Positions 27,376 to 38,014 of a stretch of DNA of 64,000 nt are shown in pieces. The number at the start of each line of letters is the position of its first letter. Positions within the stretch are counted from its first letter, which is position 1. The DNA is from Halomonas sp. (GTDB lineage: Bacteria > Pseudomonadota > Gammaproteobacteria > Pseudomonadales > Halomonadaceae): the NCBI GenBank assembly GCA_017983445.1, contig JAGOBJ010000001.1:125632-189631 (forward strand), given 5' to 3'. The position numbers and the translations under genes are program-made. The notes under the pieces are model-generated. The model was given only the letters and a program-made list of their open reading frames with translations, was not told the DNA's origin and did not search any database.

Positions 27376-28110
27376 TTAACCAGTTATTAAATTGATAGCC
27401 ACCACTTCTAATGTGGTGGCTTCGTCGTTTTGGTAGGCACGGAATTTTACATCCACATCGCGCAGGCGCAGGCCATATATGCGCCCTGGCGCTTCGCCTC
27501 TTTTATAGGCGGGGCGGGGGTCTTGGCTTAACACTTGCTCAATAAGGGCATGCAGCGTGACGTTATCAGTGCGCGTTGTTAGCATATCCAGTGCCGAGTG
27601 GCTGAAGATCACGCGCAGTAACGCAGGCGCCTCAGGTGCAAATCCCGCTTGAGCCGTAGGATGGGCTTCGGCCCAGGGTAAGTAAGGTTTAATATCGACT
27701 ATCGGGGTACCGCTGACCAGGTCGCATCCTTCGAGCCTTAAATGAACCCCGTGCCGTGTGTCGATGCCCGCCAGCTTCACGAGTGAAAGCCCTAGCCGGT
27801 TAGGCCTGTGGGTGCTACGGCTGGCAAATACCCCCACTTTACGATTCCCCCCCAGCCGGGGTGGCCGCACCAGCGGTGTCCAGCGTTCGGGGCTTTGGTG
27901 AAAGATAAATGTTACCCATAGATGACTAAAGTCATCCAGGCCCCGTACGGTCAGCGGGTCATTATAAGGGGGCACCAGTATCAGGCTGGCATCCGCTGCG
28001 GGGGCTAAGCCCGGCTGACGGGGAATACCAAACTTATCCGGGTAGTCGCTCTCAACGTAGCCTATAGGAGCCAATGTAAAAGACTCACTTTCGGGGGCAT
28101 TGTGCATCAT
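27376..28110 (-). CDS. trmO: tRNA (m6t6A37) methyltransferase TrmO/TsaA
   Basis: KFGIPRQPGL, VRPPRLGGN..VGVFASRSTHRPN.LGLS, DLVSGTPIVDIKPY, QDPRPAY. Confidence 0.95.
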   Translation of the reverse strand: MMHNAPESESFTLAPIGYVESDYPDKFGIPRQPGLAPAADASLILVPPYNDPLTVRGLDDFSHLWVTFIFHQSPERWTPLVRPPRLGGNRKVGVFASRSTHRPNRLGLSLVKLAGIDTRHGVHLRLEGCDLVSGTPIVDIKPYLPWAEAHPTAQAGFAPEAPALLRVIFSHSALDMLTTRTDNVTLHALIEQVLSQDPRPAYKRGEAPGRIYGLRLRDVDVKFRAYQNDEATTLEVVAINLITG

Positions 28111-28237
28111 GCTGCCTTATGCTGAGATAGGCGCCCTAGTATAAAGCAGACTGAACAGAATTCAGCCTGACACTGCGTATTGAACGCTTCCAATTTTTCG
28201 ATAACAGCTAGTTTTCGATGATAGCGAGAGGTGATGC

Positions 28238-28768
28238 ATGCCTAATACGGATGAGCATTCTGCGCTTAAAGCATCGACTGCCCGGGTAACCTATCGCGCC
28301 GCATTAGCGCGGGATGCCTCGGATCAGGCTGAGGTGTTTTATCATGCGGTCATGCAAGGCGCAGCAAGCCATTATGAATTGAGTCAGCGCCGCGCCTGGG
28401 CCAATGCACTGCCCCGGGAAGCGAGCGCTTGGGCAGTCCGTCAGGCGCTATACACAACGCTGGTTGCCGTTTGTGATGGGCGCTGCGTTGGCTTTGTAGA
28501 GTTTGATACTCAAAAAGGACGCATCGAAACGCTTTATGTCTGGCCTTCATTAACCGGGCGGGGGATCGGCACCACGCTATTGATTCACGCCGAGCGTATG
28601 CTGCTTGAGCAGGGCGTTGATCGTGTGGAGATTGAAGCCAGCGCCATGCTGTTTGATCGACTGCTGCGCCGAGGATGGGAAAACCTGGGCGAGCAGTGGG
28701 TGGAGCGAAGCGGCGAATCGCTCAAGCGTTACCGGCTGGAAAAACGTCTGAGCGCTATTGAAACCTGA
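28238..28768 (+). CDS. GNAT family N-acetyltransferase
   Basis: LYVWPSLTGRGIGTTLL acetyl-CoA motif A; IEAS motif. Confidence 0.85.
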   Translation: MPNTDEHSALKASTARVTYRAALARDASDQAEVFYHAVMQGAASHYELSQRRAWANALPREASAWAVRQALYTTLVAVCDGRCVGFVEFDTQKGRIETLYVWPSLTGRGIGTTLLIHAERMLLEQGVDRVEIEASAMLFDRLLRRGWENLGEQWVERSGESLKRYRLEKRLSAIET

Positions 28769-28774
28769 ATTCGT

Positions 28775-29629
28775 CTATACGCTATAGGTATGGGTGATGC
28801 GCATGGAAAGATCGATGGATTTAATGTCCTTGGTTAGCGCGCCGCTGGAAATACAGTCAACGCCGGTGTCGGCAATGGCTTTGAGCGTTGTAGCGTCGAC
28901 GTTGCCCGAGGCCTCAAGAATTGCTCGCCCGCCGTTTAGCTCAACCGCGACATGCAGATCTTCAATGGCAAAATTATCCAGCATGATGATATCGGCACCC
29001 GCCGCCAGGGCCTGATCAAGCTCTTCAAAGGTCTCGACCTCAACTTCAACTGATAGATTAGCGGCTAGTGCTCGTGCCTGAGTCACTGCCGCCTGAATGC
29101 CGCCACACGCTGCAATATGGTTCTCCTTGATAAGAAAAGCGTCCCAAAGGCCGATGCGATGATTATGGCCGCCACCGCAGGTTACGGCATACTTCTGGGC
29201 CAAGCGCAGGCCGGGCAGCGTTTTCCGGGTATCGAGCAGACGTACACCGCTCCCCTCGGTTAAACCGACGTTGGCGCGCGTGGTTGTCGCTGTGGCAGAC
29301 AGGGTTTGTAACATGTTAAGCGCTGTGCGTTCGCCGGTTAGCAAACTGCGTGCAGGCCCTTCAAGCTCTAGAAAGCATTGCTCTGGATCTAGTGAATCGC
29401 TATCGGCTGCCAGCCAGCGCAGCGTGACCCGTTCATCTAATTGGTTGAATATCTCATCCACCCAGGCGGTGCCGCATAATACGCAAGCTTCGCGGGTAAT
29501 TACCTTGGCGGTCGCCCATTGGTTCTCGGGGATGAGCTGTGCGGTGATATCGCCCGTGCCAACGTCCTCGGCTAGCAGGCGAGCCACGCAGGTGCGGATC
29601 TCTTCGGCAAGCGTATTTTGATCATTCAT
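28775..29629 (-). CDS. nadC: Quinolinate phosphoribosyltransferase
   Basis: [56 protein letters not shown]. Confidence 0.97.
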   Translation of the reverse strand: MNDQNTLAEEIRTCVARLLAEDVGTGDITAQLIPENQWATAKVITREACVLCGTAWVDEIFNQLDERVTLRWLAADSDSLDPEQCFLELEGPARSLLTGERTALNMLQTLSATATTTRANVGLTEGSGVRLLDTRKTLPGLRLAQKYAVTCGGGHNHRIGLWDAFLIKENHIAACGGIQAAVTQARALAANLSVEVEVETFEELDQALAAGADIIMLDNFAIEDLHVAVELNGGRAILEASGNVDATTLKAIADTGVDCISSGALTKDIKSIDLSMRITHTYSV

Positions 29630-29725
29630 AACGGTGAGTTCTCTGGGCAACATCAAGTGTGAGCGGCATTATAGTAAAAGAGCGCGATGAAAGAGAGCGC
29701 CAACGTAGAGGAGACCTTGCGAGTG

Positions 29726-30310
29726 ATGGATAACGAGATGAAAGGTGGCTGGTGGGAGCAGGCGCGAAAGGTCGAGTCGCCTAATTGTGATGAGCGGCCC
29801 GCACGCGAGGTGTCGTTGCTGGTACTGCACGCGATTAGTCTGCCACCAGGAAAGTTTAGTGGCCCGGCGATTGAAGCACTGTTTACCAACCAGCTGGCAG
29901 TGGATGATCATCCTTTCTTTGCCGATATTGCCCATTTACGCGTCTCGGCGCATATATTGATTCGCCGGGATGGCGAGTGTGTACAATTCGTAAATACGGA
30001 CCAGCGCGCCTGGCATGCAGGGCGTTCGCAGTGGTGGGATAATTACTTAAAAGAGCAGCGCCAGACGCTCAACGATTTTTCAGTTGGCATCGAGCTTGAA
30101 GGCGACGATATAACCCCGTTTACCCAGGCCCAATACCATTCCCTGGTGAAGGCAACTGAATGGTTGATGGCGCGTTACCCGGCACTCAATACCTCGCGTA
30201 TCACCAGCCATGCGTACGTTGCACCACTGCGCAAAACTGACCCTGGGCCGGCATTTGATTGGGCATATTTTTACCAGTTGTTAACCAGAAGACGGCTTGA
30301 TGCACTTTAA
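29726..30310 (+). CDS. ampD: 1,6-anhydro-N-acetylmuramyl-L-alanine amidase
   Basis: LHAISLPPG, VSAH, RAWHAG, NDFSVGIELEG, RKTDPGP; divergent from nadC; start uncertain (29723-29738). Confidence 0.93.
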   Translation: MDNEMKGGWWEQARKVESPNCDERPAREVSLLVLHAISLPPGKFSGPAIEALFTNQLAVDDHPFFADIAHLRVSAHILIRRDGECVQFVNTDQRAWHAGRSQWWDNYLKEQRQTLNDFSVGIELEGDDITPFTQAQYHSLVKATEWLMARYPALNTSRITSHAYVAPLRKTDPGPAFDWAYFYQLLTRRRLDAL

Positions 30311-30523
30311 AGAACCCTATTAAGTCCTTCACCAATAAGAAAATAAAACGGTAGTTTAGCTACATTATGAGGTGGTTAGTTACTCAAGGCGGATGCCTGA
30401 AATGCGCTTATGTTGCGGTGCAATAGTTTGTTTTCGATGGGCTTTTACGTTGTTCTGGAATTGGCAGCGTGGCGACTTTGCGGTATCTTCCTATATACAA
30501 AAGACTAACTTTTACGACATTTG

Positions 30524-30538
30524 TGTAGCTTTACTACA
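30524..30538. promoter_or_regulatory. HexR/RccR-type operator upstream of aceE (second weaker copy at 30350-30364)
   Basis: TGTAG-CTTTA-CTACA palindrome matching the TGTAR-N5-YTACA HexR consensus. Confidence 0.65.
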
Positions 30539-30693
30539 TTGGGTTCACTGTAGCTCATTGAATATAGAGCGAAAAAGCCCTTAGCGTTACCGCGCCAATG
30601 CTATTCTGCGGTGGCCACCAATCACCGCAGCTGCCCCAAGCCCACGTGGGTTAGCGGGGCTCATGTCATTTATCGTCATTCGGAGAGACCTCT

Positions 30694-33366
30694 ATGAGTC
30701 TGGAGACAAGAGAAGATCTCGATCCGATCGAAACCACGGAGTGGCTGGAATCCCTGGAATCGGTACTGGATCGTGAGGGCGAAGATCGCGCCCGTTACCT
30801 GATGACCCGCCTGGCGGATCGCTTACGCCGTGACGGGATGAAGGTACCCTTCTCGGTGACAACCCCGCACCGCAATACGATTCCGCTTCATCGTGAAGCC
30901 CGGATGCCTGGCGATCTGTTCATGGAGCGTCGTATCCGCTCCTTGATTCGCTATAACGCGATCGCCCAGGTCATTCGTAATAACCGGGCAAACCCCGGGC
31001 TTGGTGGCCATATTGCAAGTTTCATGTCCTCGGCAACGCTTTATGATGTGGGCTTTAACCACTTCTTCCGCGCAGCGAAGGACGATTTTGCGGGCGACCT
31101 GATCTACATTCAGGGCCACGTAGCGCCGGGCATTTACGCGCGCTCCTTTCTGGAAGGCCGCCTGTCTGAAGAGCAGATGGACAAGTTCCGCCGGGAAGTG
31201 GACGGCGACGGTCTGTCTTCTTATCCGCACCCCTGGTTGATGCCGGATTACTGGCAGTTCCCAACCGTTTCGATGGGTCTTGGCCCGATCCAGGCGATCT
31301 ATCAAGCCCACGTGATGAAGTATCTGCATCATCGCGAAATGAAGAATATGTACGATCGCAAGATCTGGTGTTTCCTGGGTGACGGCGAGTGCGATGAGCC
31401 AGAATCCTTAGGCGCCATCTCACTTGCCGGCCGTGAGAATCTGGATAACCTGATTTTCGTTATCAACTGCAACCTGCAGCGCCTGGATGGTCCTGTGCGC
31501 GGTAACTCCCGCGTCATGGACGAGTTCGAAGGCGTCTTCCGTGGTGCTGGCTGGAACGTTATCAAGGTGGTTTGGGGTCGTCATTGGGATCCGCTGTTTG
31601 AGAAGGACAAGAAAGGCTTCCTTCAAAAACGCATGGACGAAGCAGTCGATGGTGAGTACCAGAACTATAAAGCCAACGGCGGCGCGTACACCCGCGAACA
31701 CTTCTTCGGTAAATATCCTGAAACCGAAGAAATGGTTAAAGAACTTTCCGATGAAGATATCTGGAAACTCAACCGCGGTGGCCACGACCCGTTCAAGGTG
31801 TATGCGGCCTATCATGAAGCCGTCAACTCCTCGAATGGTAAGCCGACGGTAATCCTGGCGCATACCGTTAAAGGTTACGGTATGGGTAGCGGCGATGGCG
31901 AAGCAGCCAACGAAGCGCACCAGGTGAAAAGCATGGAGTACGAAGCGCTGAAGAAATTCCGCGACCGCTTCGGCATTCCGCTTTCCGACGAGCAGCTTAA
32001 AGAAGTGCCTTACTACAAGCCGGAAGACGATTCTCCCGAGCTTAAGTACATGCACCTTCAGCGTGAGCGTTTGAACGGCTACTTGCCCAGCCGCAAGAGT
32101 GATTTCGAACCGCTTGAAATCCCAACGCTTGAAGACAAAACCTTTGCTACGCAAATGGCGGGGTCCAAAGGTCGTGAAGTATCCACCACAATGTCCTTTG
32201 TGCGGGTACTCAACGGTCTGGTAAAAGACAAGAAGCTTGGCAAGCAGGTAGTACCCATTATTCCTGATGAAGCACGTACTTTCGGTATGGAAGGTATGTT
32301 CCGTCAGCTGGGTATCTATACCGCCGAAGGTCAGAAGTACGAGCCGATGGATAAAGCTCAGATCATGTATTACCGCGAGGACCAGAAAGGCCAGGTTCTT
32401 GAAGAAGGTATTACTGAAGCGGGCGCCATGTCAGCGTGGATTGCTGCGGCTACTTCCTACAGCAACAACGATGTCACATTGCTGCCGTTCTACATCTACT
32501 ACTCCATGTTTGGTTTCCAGCGTATTGGCGATCTGGCATGGGCGGCAGGTGATCTGCAGGCGCGTGGCTTTATGGTGGGTGGCACCGCTGGGCGTACGAC
32601 GCTTAACGGTGAAGGCTTGCAGCACCAGGATGGCCACAGCTTGATCCAGGCGTCGACCATTCCTAACTGCCGTAGCTACGATCCGACTTACGGTCATGAA
32701 GTTGCCGTCATCGTTCAGGATGGCTTGAAGCGCATGTTCACTGATAAAGAGAACTGCTTCTACTACCTGACCGTCATGAACGAGAACTACGAGCATCCGG
32801 AGCTTGAGAACGTACCGGTCGATGATATCGTCAAGGGTATGTACCTGCTGCGCGAGACCCAAGGTGACAAGGGCCGCGTTCAGCTGATGGGCTCTGGCAC
32901 CATCTTGCGCGAAGTGGAAGCGGCCGCTGAGCTGCTCGAAAAAGATTGGGGCATTGGCGCTGACATCTGGAGTGTCACCAGCTTTAACGAGCTGCGTCGT
33001 GAAGCGCTGCTGCTTGAGCGTGAGTCCTTCCTGAATCCGGATGCTGAGGCTACCAAGCCCCACGTTACGAAGTGCTTGGAAGGTCGCGATGGCCCGGTCA
33101 TTGCCTCGACTGACTATATGAAGCTCTACGCGGATCAGGTGCGTGCATGGGTACCAGGTGACTACACTGTACTGGGTACCGATGGCTTTGGGCGTTCGGA
33201 CACGCGCGAGAAGCTTCGTTACTTCTTTGAAGTAGATCGTTACTTCGTCACCGTTGCCGCTTTGCGTGCGCTGGCGGAACGTGGCGAAATTGAGCGTAAG
33301 CACGTTGGCGAAGCCCTGAAGAAATACGGTATTGACGCCAACAAGCCGAACCCGCTGACTAGCTAA
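30694..33366 (+). CDS. aceE: Pyruvate dehydrogenase E1 (homodimeric)
   Basis: GGHIASF, QFPTVSMGLGP, TPP motif GDGECDEPES...NCN, GEGLQHQDG. Confidence 0.98.
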   Translation: MSLETREDLDPIETTEWLESLESVLDREGEDRARYLMTRLADRLRRDGMKVPFSVTTPHRNTIPLHREARMPGDLFMERRIRSLIRYNAIAQVIRNNRANPGLGGHIASFMSSATLYDVGFNHFFRAAKDDFAGDLIYIQGHVAPGIYARSFLEGRLSEEQMDKFRREVDGDGLSSYPHPWLMPDYWQFPTVSMGLGPIQAIYQAHVMKYLHHREMKNMYDRKIWCFLGDGECDEPESLGAISLAGRENLDNLIFVINCNLQRLDGPVRGNSRVMDEFEGVFRGAGWNVIKVVWGRHWDPLFEKDKKGFLQKRMDEAVDGEYQNYKANGGAYTREHFFGKYPETEEMVKELSDEDIWKLNRGGHDPFKVYAAYHEAVNSSNGKPTVILAHTVKGYGMGSGDGEAANEAHQVKSMEYEALKKFRDRFGIPLSDEQLKEVPYYKPEDDSPELKYMHLQRERLNGYLPSRKSDFEPLEIPTLEDKTFATQMAGSKGREVSTTMSFVRVLNGLVKDKKLGKQVVPIIPDEARTFGMEGMFRQLGIYTAEGQKYEPMDKAQIMYYREDQKGQVLEEGITEAGAMSAWIAAATSYSNNDVTLLPFYIYYSMFGFQRIGDLAWAAGDLQARGFMVGGTAGRTTLNGEGLQHQDGHSLIQASTIPNCRSYDPTYGHEVAVIVQDGLKRMFTDKENCFYYLTVMNENYEHPELENVPVDDIVKGMYLLRETQGDKGRVQLMGSGTILREVEAAAELLEKDWGIGADIWSVTSFNELRREALLLERESFLNPDAEATKPHVTKCLEGRDGPVIASTDYMKLYADQVRAWVPGDYTVLGTDGFGRSDTREKLRYFFEVDRYFVTVAALRALAERGEIERKHVGEALKKYGIDANKPNPLTS

Positions 33367-33425
33367 ACCGCTGCCCGGCGGGTGAAGTACCCGCCGGCTC
33401 GATCCGATTTGGAAGGAGCGCGACC

Positions 33426-35507
33426 TTGAGTAGCGAAATCATCAAAGTGCCCGACATCGGCGGTAGCGAAGGTGTCGAAATCATCGAGATCGCGGTGTCG
33501 GAAGGCGACGTCATTGCAGCGGAAGACACCCTGATCACGCTGGAATCCGATAAAGCCAGCATGGACATTCCTGCCCCGAAGGGCGGTAAAGTCATCAAAG
33601 TGCTGGTGAAGGAAGGCGATACCGTTTCCGAAGGCGACGATATCGTTGAGCTGGAAGCTGAAGGCGGCGGCGATGCAGGGGAAGAGGGCGAAAAGCAAGC
33701 GTCCGAACCCGAGCAGAAAGAAGCCCCAGCGGCCGAAGAGAAGCCCAAGACCGAGCAGAAAAGCGCCAAGAAATCCGGCGGTGGTAAGCAGACCGTGGAT
33801 ATCAAAGTGCCCGACCTGGGTGGCTCTGATAACGTTGAAATCATTGAAGTCGCCGTTGGCGAAGGCGATGAAATCAACGCTGAAGATACGCTGATTACTT
33901 TGGAGTCTGATAAAGCCTCCATGGATGTGCCGAGCCCCTATACCGGTAAAATCGTCGCGTTTACGGTTAAAGAAGGCGATACGGTTTCCGAGGGCGATGT
34001 TATCGGCCAGATGGAAGTCGAGGGTGAAGGCGACGGCGATAGTTCCGATACTGCGCAAAGTGCTAAAGACCCGAACGTATCCGACGATCTTGAAGCGGCT
34101 TCAGAAACCGCTGAAGAAGAGGCTAACAGTACTGAAGGTTCAGGTGCTGATGAGGATGCAGAAAGCACTGAGCCTGAGCGCAAGGAAATTCGCGTTCCGG
34201 ATATCTCAGGTTCCACTGATGTACCCATTATCGAGATTGGTGTGGCAGTCGGTGATGAAATCAATGAAGAAGATGCGTTGATTACGCTGGAATCTGATAA
34301 AGCCTCCATGGACGTGCCTAGCCCCTATAAAGGAAAGCTCGTTGAGCTAACCGTTAAAGAGGGTGACACTGTTTCTGAAGGCGATGTGATTGGCTATATC
34401 GAAGTTGCTGGCGCTAAAAAAGCCGCTTCCAAGCCAGCACCGAAGAAATCAGCTTCTGAAAAGCCAGCTGAAAAGAGCGCTTCCAAGCAGGATTCTGCTA
34501 AACAGGATGCTTCTAAGCAGAGCGAATCAGCAGGCACGCCTAGCCCTGAAGCGCAGATGGCTGCACACAAGCCGCGTGATAGCAAGCTGGTACACGCAGG
34601 CCCAGCCGTGCGTATGCTGGCGCGTGAGCTGGGTGTCGACATTGGTCTGGTCAAGCCCAGTGGGCCTAAAGAGCGCTTGCTGAAAGAGGACGTGCAGGCT
34701 TATGTGAAGCAAGTCATTGCCAATCAGGGCAAGGCGCAAGCCTCGGGCGGTGCTGCTGCCACGGGTGGTGCTGGCATTCCGCCGATTCCGGAAGTCGACT
34801 TCAGCCAGTTCGGTGAAGTTGAAGAGAAGCCGATGGGTCGCCTGCTTAAAATGGGCGCGATCAATTTGCATCGCAGCTGGCTCAACGTGCCTCACGTTAC
34901 CCAGTTTGACGAAGCGGATATCACCGAGCTTGAGAACTTCCGCAAGTCGATGAAGGCAGAAGCCGAAGCCCAGGGTGCCAAGCTTACGCCGCTGCCGTTT
35001 TTGGTCAAAGCCTGTGCCTTTGCACTGCGTAAATTCCCGCAGTTCAATGTCAGCCTGAAAGGCGATGGTGAAACGCTGGTATGGAAGAACTATGTCCATA
35101 TTGGTATTGCCGTGGATACGCCTGATGGCTTGATGGTGCCGGTACTACGCGATGCCGATAAGAAATCCTTGATCGAGATTGCCAAGGATATGGCGGAGCT
35201 GGGTAAGAAAGCACAAACCAAGAAGCTCAAGCGTGAAGAAATGACTGGCGGTTGTTTCACGATTTCGAGCCTGGGCTCGATTGGTGGTACTGCCTTTACG
35301 CCGATCGTGAACGCGCCTGAAGTGGCTATTCTTGGGGTTTCAAAAGCGCAGATGAAGCCCGTGTGGGATGGCAATGCCTTCCAGCCGCGCTTGATGATGC
35401 CGCTGTCGCTTTCCTATGACCACCGTGCCATTAACGGGGCGGATGCCGCACGCTTCACCGCGTTCCTGGCAGATGTATTGACCGATATTCGCCGTCTGCT
35501 TCTGTAA
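33426..35507 (+). CDS. aceF: Dihydrolipoyl acetyltransferase E2 with three lipoyl domains
   Basis: Three TLESDKASMD lipoyl motifs; E3-binding HAGPAVR; catalytic SYDHRAING; likely TTG start. Confidence 0.97.
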   Translation: MSSEIIKVPDIGGSEGVEIIEIAVSEGDVIAAEDTLITLESDKASMDIPAPKGGKVIKVLVKEGDTVSEGDDIVELEAEGGGDAGEEGEKQASEPEQKEAPAAEEKPKTEQKSAKKSGGGKQTVDIKVPDLGGSDNVEIIEVAVGEGDEINAEDTLITLESDKASMDVPSPYTGKIVAFTVKEGDTVSEGDVIGQMEVEGEGDGDSSDTAQSAKDPNVSDDLEAASETAEEEANSTEGSGADEDAESTEPERKEIRVPDISGSTDVPIIEIGVAVGDEINEEDALITLESDKASMDVPSPYKGKLVELTVKEGDTVSEGDVIGYIEVAGAKKAASKPAPKKSASEKPAEKSASKQDSAKQDASKQSESAGTPSPEAQMAAHKPRDSKLVHAGPAVRMLARELGVDIGLVKPSGPKERLLKEDVQAYVKQVIANQGKAQASGGAAATGGAGIPPIPEVDFSQFGEVEEKPMGRLLKMGAINLHRSWLNVPHVTQFDEADITELENFRKSMKAEAEAQGAKLTPLPFLVKACAFALRKFPQFNVSLKGDGETLVWKNYVHIGIAVDTPDGLMVPVLRDADKKSLIEIAKDMAELGKKAQTKKLKREEMTGGCFTISSLGSIGGTAFTPIVNAPEVAILGVSKAQMKPVWDGNAFQPRLMMPLSLSYDHRAINGADAARFTAFLADVLTDIRRLLL

Positions 35508-35543
35508 TGCTAAAACGGAGTAAGCGGTAATTATACGGTTTAC

Positions 35544-35573
35544 CAAGCGGCGCCCAGTAATGGGCGCCGCTTG
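35544..35573 (+). terminator. aceEF terminator hairpin
   Basis: CAAGCGGCGCCCA-GTAA-TGGGCGCCGCTTG, 13-bp stem. Confidence 0.75.
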
Positions 35574-35763
35574 CGTTTAGGCTTTGTACGAAAAATTGCC
35601 TCTACTGGCTGACATTTCGTACCGCCCCTGATGCGTCAATAAGAGTGACCAAAGTAGCAGACAGACATCACTTATCTGTTTTATTTAAAAAAAACTCAGA
35701 AAAATGCTCCTCTCAGGCTTTGGGGAGTTGTGCCGCCTGAGTGGCGCGGTTATTGTCGGTTAA

Positions 35764-36456
<693 letters not shown>

Positions 36457-36479
36457 TTACACCTTGTGTAAGCAGTCAC

Positions 36480-36506
36480 CGATGGCCCGCCTAGCGCGGG
36501 CCATCG
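36480..36506 (+). terminator. Hairpin after adk
   Basis: CGATGGCCCGC-CTAGC-GCGGGCCATCG; weak U-tail. Confidence 0.55.
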
Positions 36507-36564
36507 TCGTATGGGCGCACTAAAGGTATAATGTCTGGATACTTATCATGAGTGCTGAATCGCT

Positions 36565-37263
36565 ATGCCGTTACACCTTCTTGCGCTAGACGCCTCATCA
36601 AGCGCCTGCTCGGTAGCGCTGCTACGTCAGAGTGGCGCTAATAGCGAGTACCTGGCGCGCTACGAGATGACGCCACGCGTACATACCCGGCGGCTCATGC
36701 CGATGGTGGATGAGCTGTTGGCCGAAGCGCAGATCACCCCGGCGGCACTAGATGCCATCGCTTTCGGGCAGGGGCCTGGGTCGTTCACCGGCCTGCGAAT
36801 AGCCGCAGGTACGGCACAGGGGCTGGCCTTTGGCCTGGATCGGCCGTTGCTGGGTGTATCTACGCTGAAAGCTCTGGCCTTGCAGGCACATCGGCGTTTT
36901 CACCTGCGCTATGTCGTGACGGCGCTGGATGCCCGGATGGGAGAAATATACGCCGCCACCTGGCATTGCCTGAGCGATACCATCAGCCTGCAGCGCGCCG
37001 AGGCGGTACTGCCGCCCGAAGCATTCTATCTGCCCGAAGACGAAACCGACTGGGTGGGGGTAGGGTCAGGCTTCACCCTATGGGATCGCTTTGTAGCCAC
37101 GGTACAAGTACGCATGTCCCAGCACCTTGTTGATCTGGAGCCACGGGCCGAAGAAATGGCCTGGCTCGGTGCGGAAGATTTAGCGGCAGGGCTTGGGCAG
37201 CCTGCTCATCTAGCCCAGCCGGTGTATCTGCGTAACAACGTTGCCTGGAAAAAACCGGCATGA
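36565..37263 (+). CDS. tsaB: t6A biosynthesis protein TsaB
   Basis: [31 protein letters not shown]. Confidence 0.95.
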   Translation: MPLHLLALDASSSACSVALLRQSGANSEYLARYEMTPRVHTRRLMPMVDELLAEAQITPAALDAIAFGQGPGSFTGLRIAAGTAQGLAFGLDRPLLGVSTLKALALQAHRRFHLRYVVTALDARMGEIYAATWHCLSDTISLQRAEAVLPPEAFYLPEDETDWVGVGSGFTLWDRFVATVQVRMSQHLVDLEPRAEEMAWLGAEDLAAGLGQPAHLAQPVYLRNNVAWKKPA

Positions 37264-37967
37264 GCTTGCCTGAAACGGCCGTATTGCCCGAAGGGCTTCG
37301 GTTGGTGTATGACGAGGATCGCTTGGTTCTGGCGGGGGATGAAAAGCTTTACGGTAAACCGTTAAGCGTTGACTTTGCTGCGGGTAAAGCAGCCCATCGA
37401 CGCCAGTTCGGGGGTGGACGAGGCCAGCTGGTCGCCAAGGCCTGCGGGTTGGCGAAAGGCGCAACACCCAGCGTTGTCGATGCCACCGCAGGGCTTGGCC
37501 GTGATGCCTTTGTACTGGCAAGCCTGGGAGCTTGCGTACTATTGATCGAGCGGGTCGACGCGATTGCCGCGCTGCTGGAAGACGGCCTGTTACGGGCAGC
37601 CAAAGAGCCGGCTATCGCTGAGATAGTCTCACGCATGATGCTGCGCCATGGCGATGCCGCAGAGTCGCTCGAAGTCCTGATTGAGAGTGCCGCGTTTGAT
37701 CCTCAGGTAATTCATCTGGATCCGATGTTTCCGCATCGCGAGAAATCCGCGCTGGTCAAAAAAGACATGCGTCTGTTTCGCGAACTGGCGGGCGATGACG
37801 ATGACGCTCCCCGCTTGTTGGAAGCCGCACTCGATATCGCGACACATCGAGTGGTGGTAAAACGCCCCCGCAAAGCCCCGCCCATCAAGGGGGCTGCGCC
37901 TCAGCATGTCCTCGAAGGCAAGACCAGTCGTTATGACCTGTACGTCAAACAGTCGCTTCACCGTTAG
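37260..37967 (+). CDS. rsmJ: 16S rRNA m2G1516 methyltransferase
   Basis: [38 protein letters not shown]. Confidence 0.9.
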   Translation: MSLPETAVLPEGLRLVYDEDRLVLAGDEKLYGKPLSVDFAAGKAAHRRQFGGGRGQLVAKACGLAKGATPSVVDATAGLGRDAFVLASLGACVLLIERVDAIAALLEDGLLRAAKEPAIAEIVSRMMLRHGDAAESLEVLIESAAFDPQVIHLDPMFPHREKSALVKKDMRLFRELAGDDDDAPRLLEAALDIATHRVVVKRPRKAPPIKGAAPQHVLEGKTSRYDLYVKQSLHR

Positions 37968-38014
37968 GACGATGTGCATCGCTGATCAAGGACGCCCACA
38001 AGGAGCAGAACACT

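Larger units (their letters stand above)
10547..27485. mobile_element. Integrase-less genomic island inserted at trmO 3' end
   Basis: Flanking direct repeats; visibly AT-rich regulatory genes versus GC-richer flanks; accessory cargo; no recombinase ORF inside. Confidence 0.75.

Noticed and set aside
31420-32154. Long antisense ORFs in aceE, aceF (33363-34058) and crbS (44830-45813)
   Set aside because: Typical antisense shadows of GC3-rich conserved genes.
35647-35656. GACCAAAGTA (TAC-N4-GTC on the minus strand) upstream of adk as a CrbR site
   Set aside because: Functionally attractive, since Adk recycles the AMP made by Acs, but a 6-base match is expected many times by chance in 64 kb.
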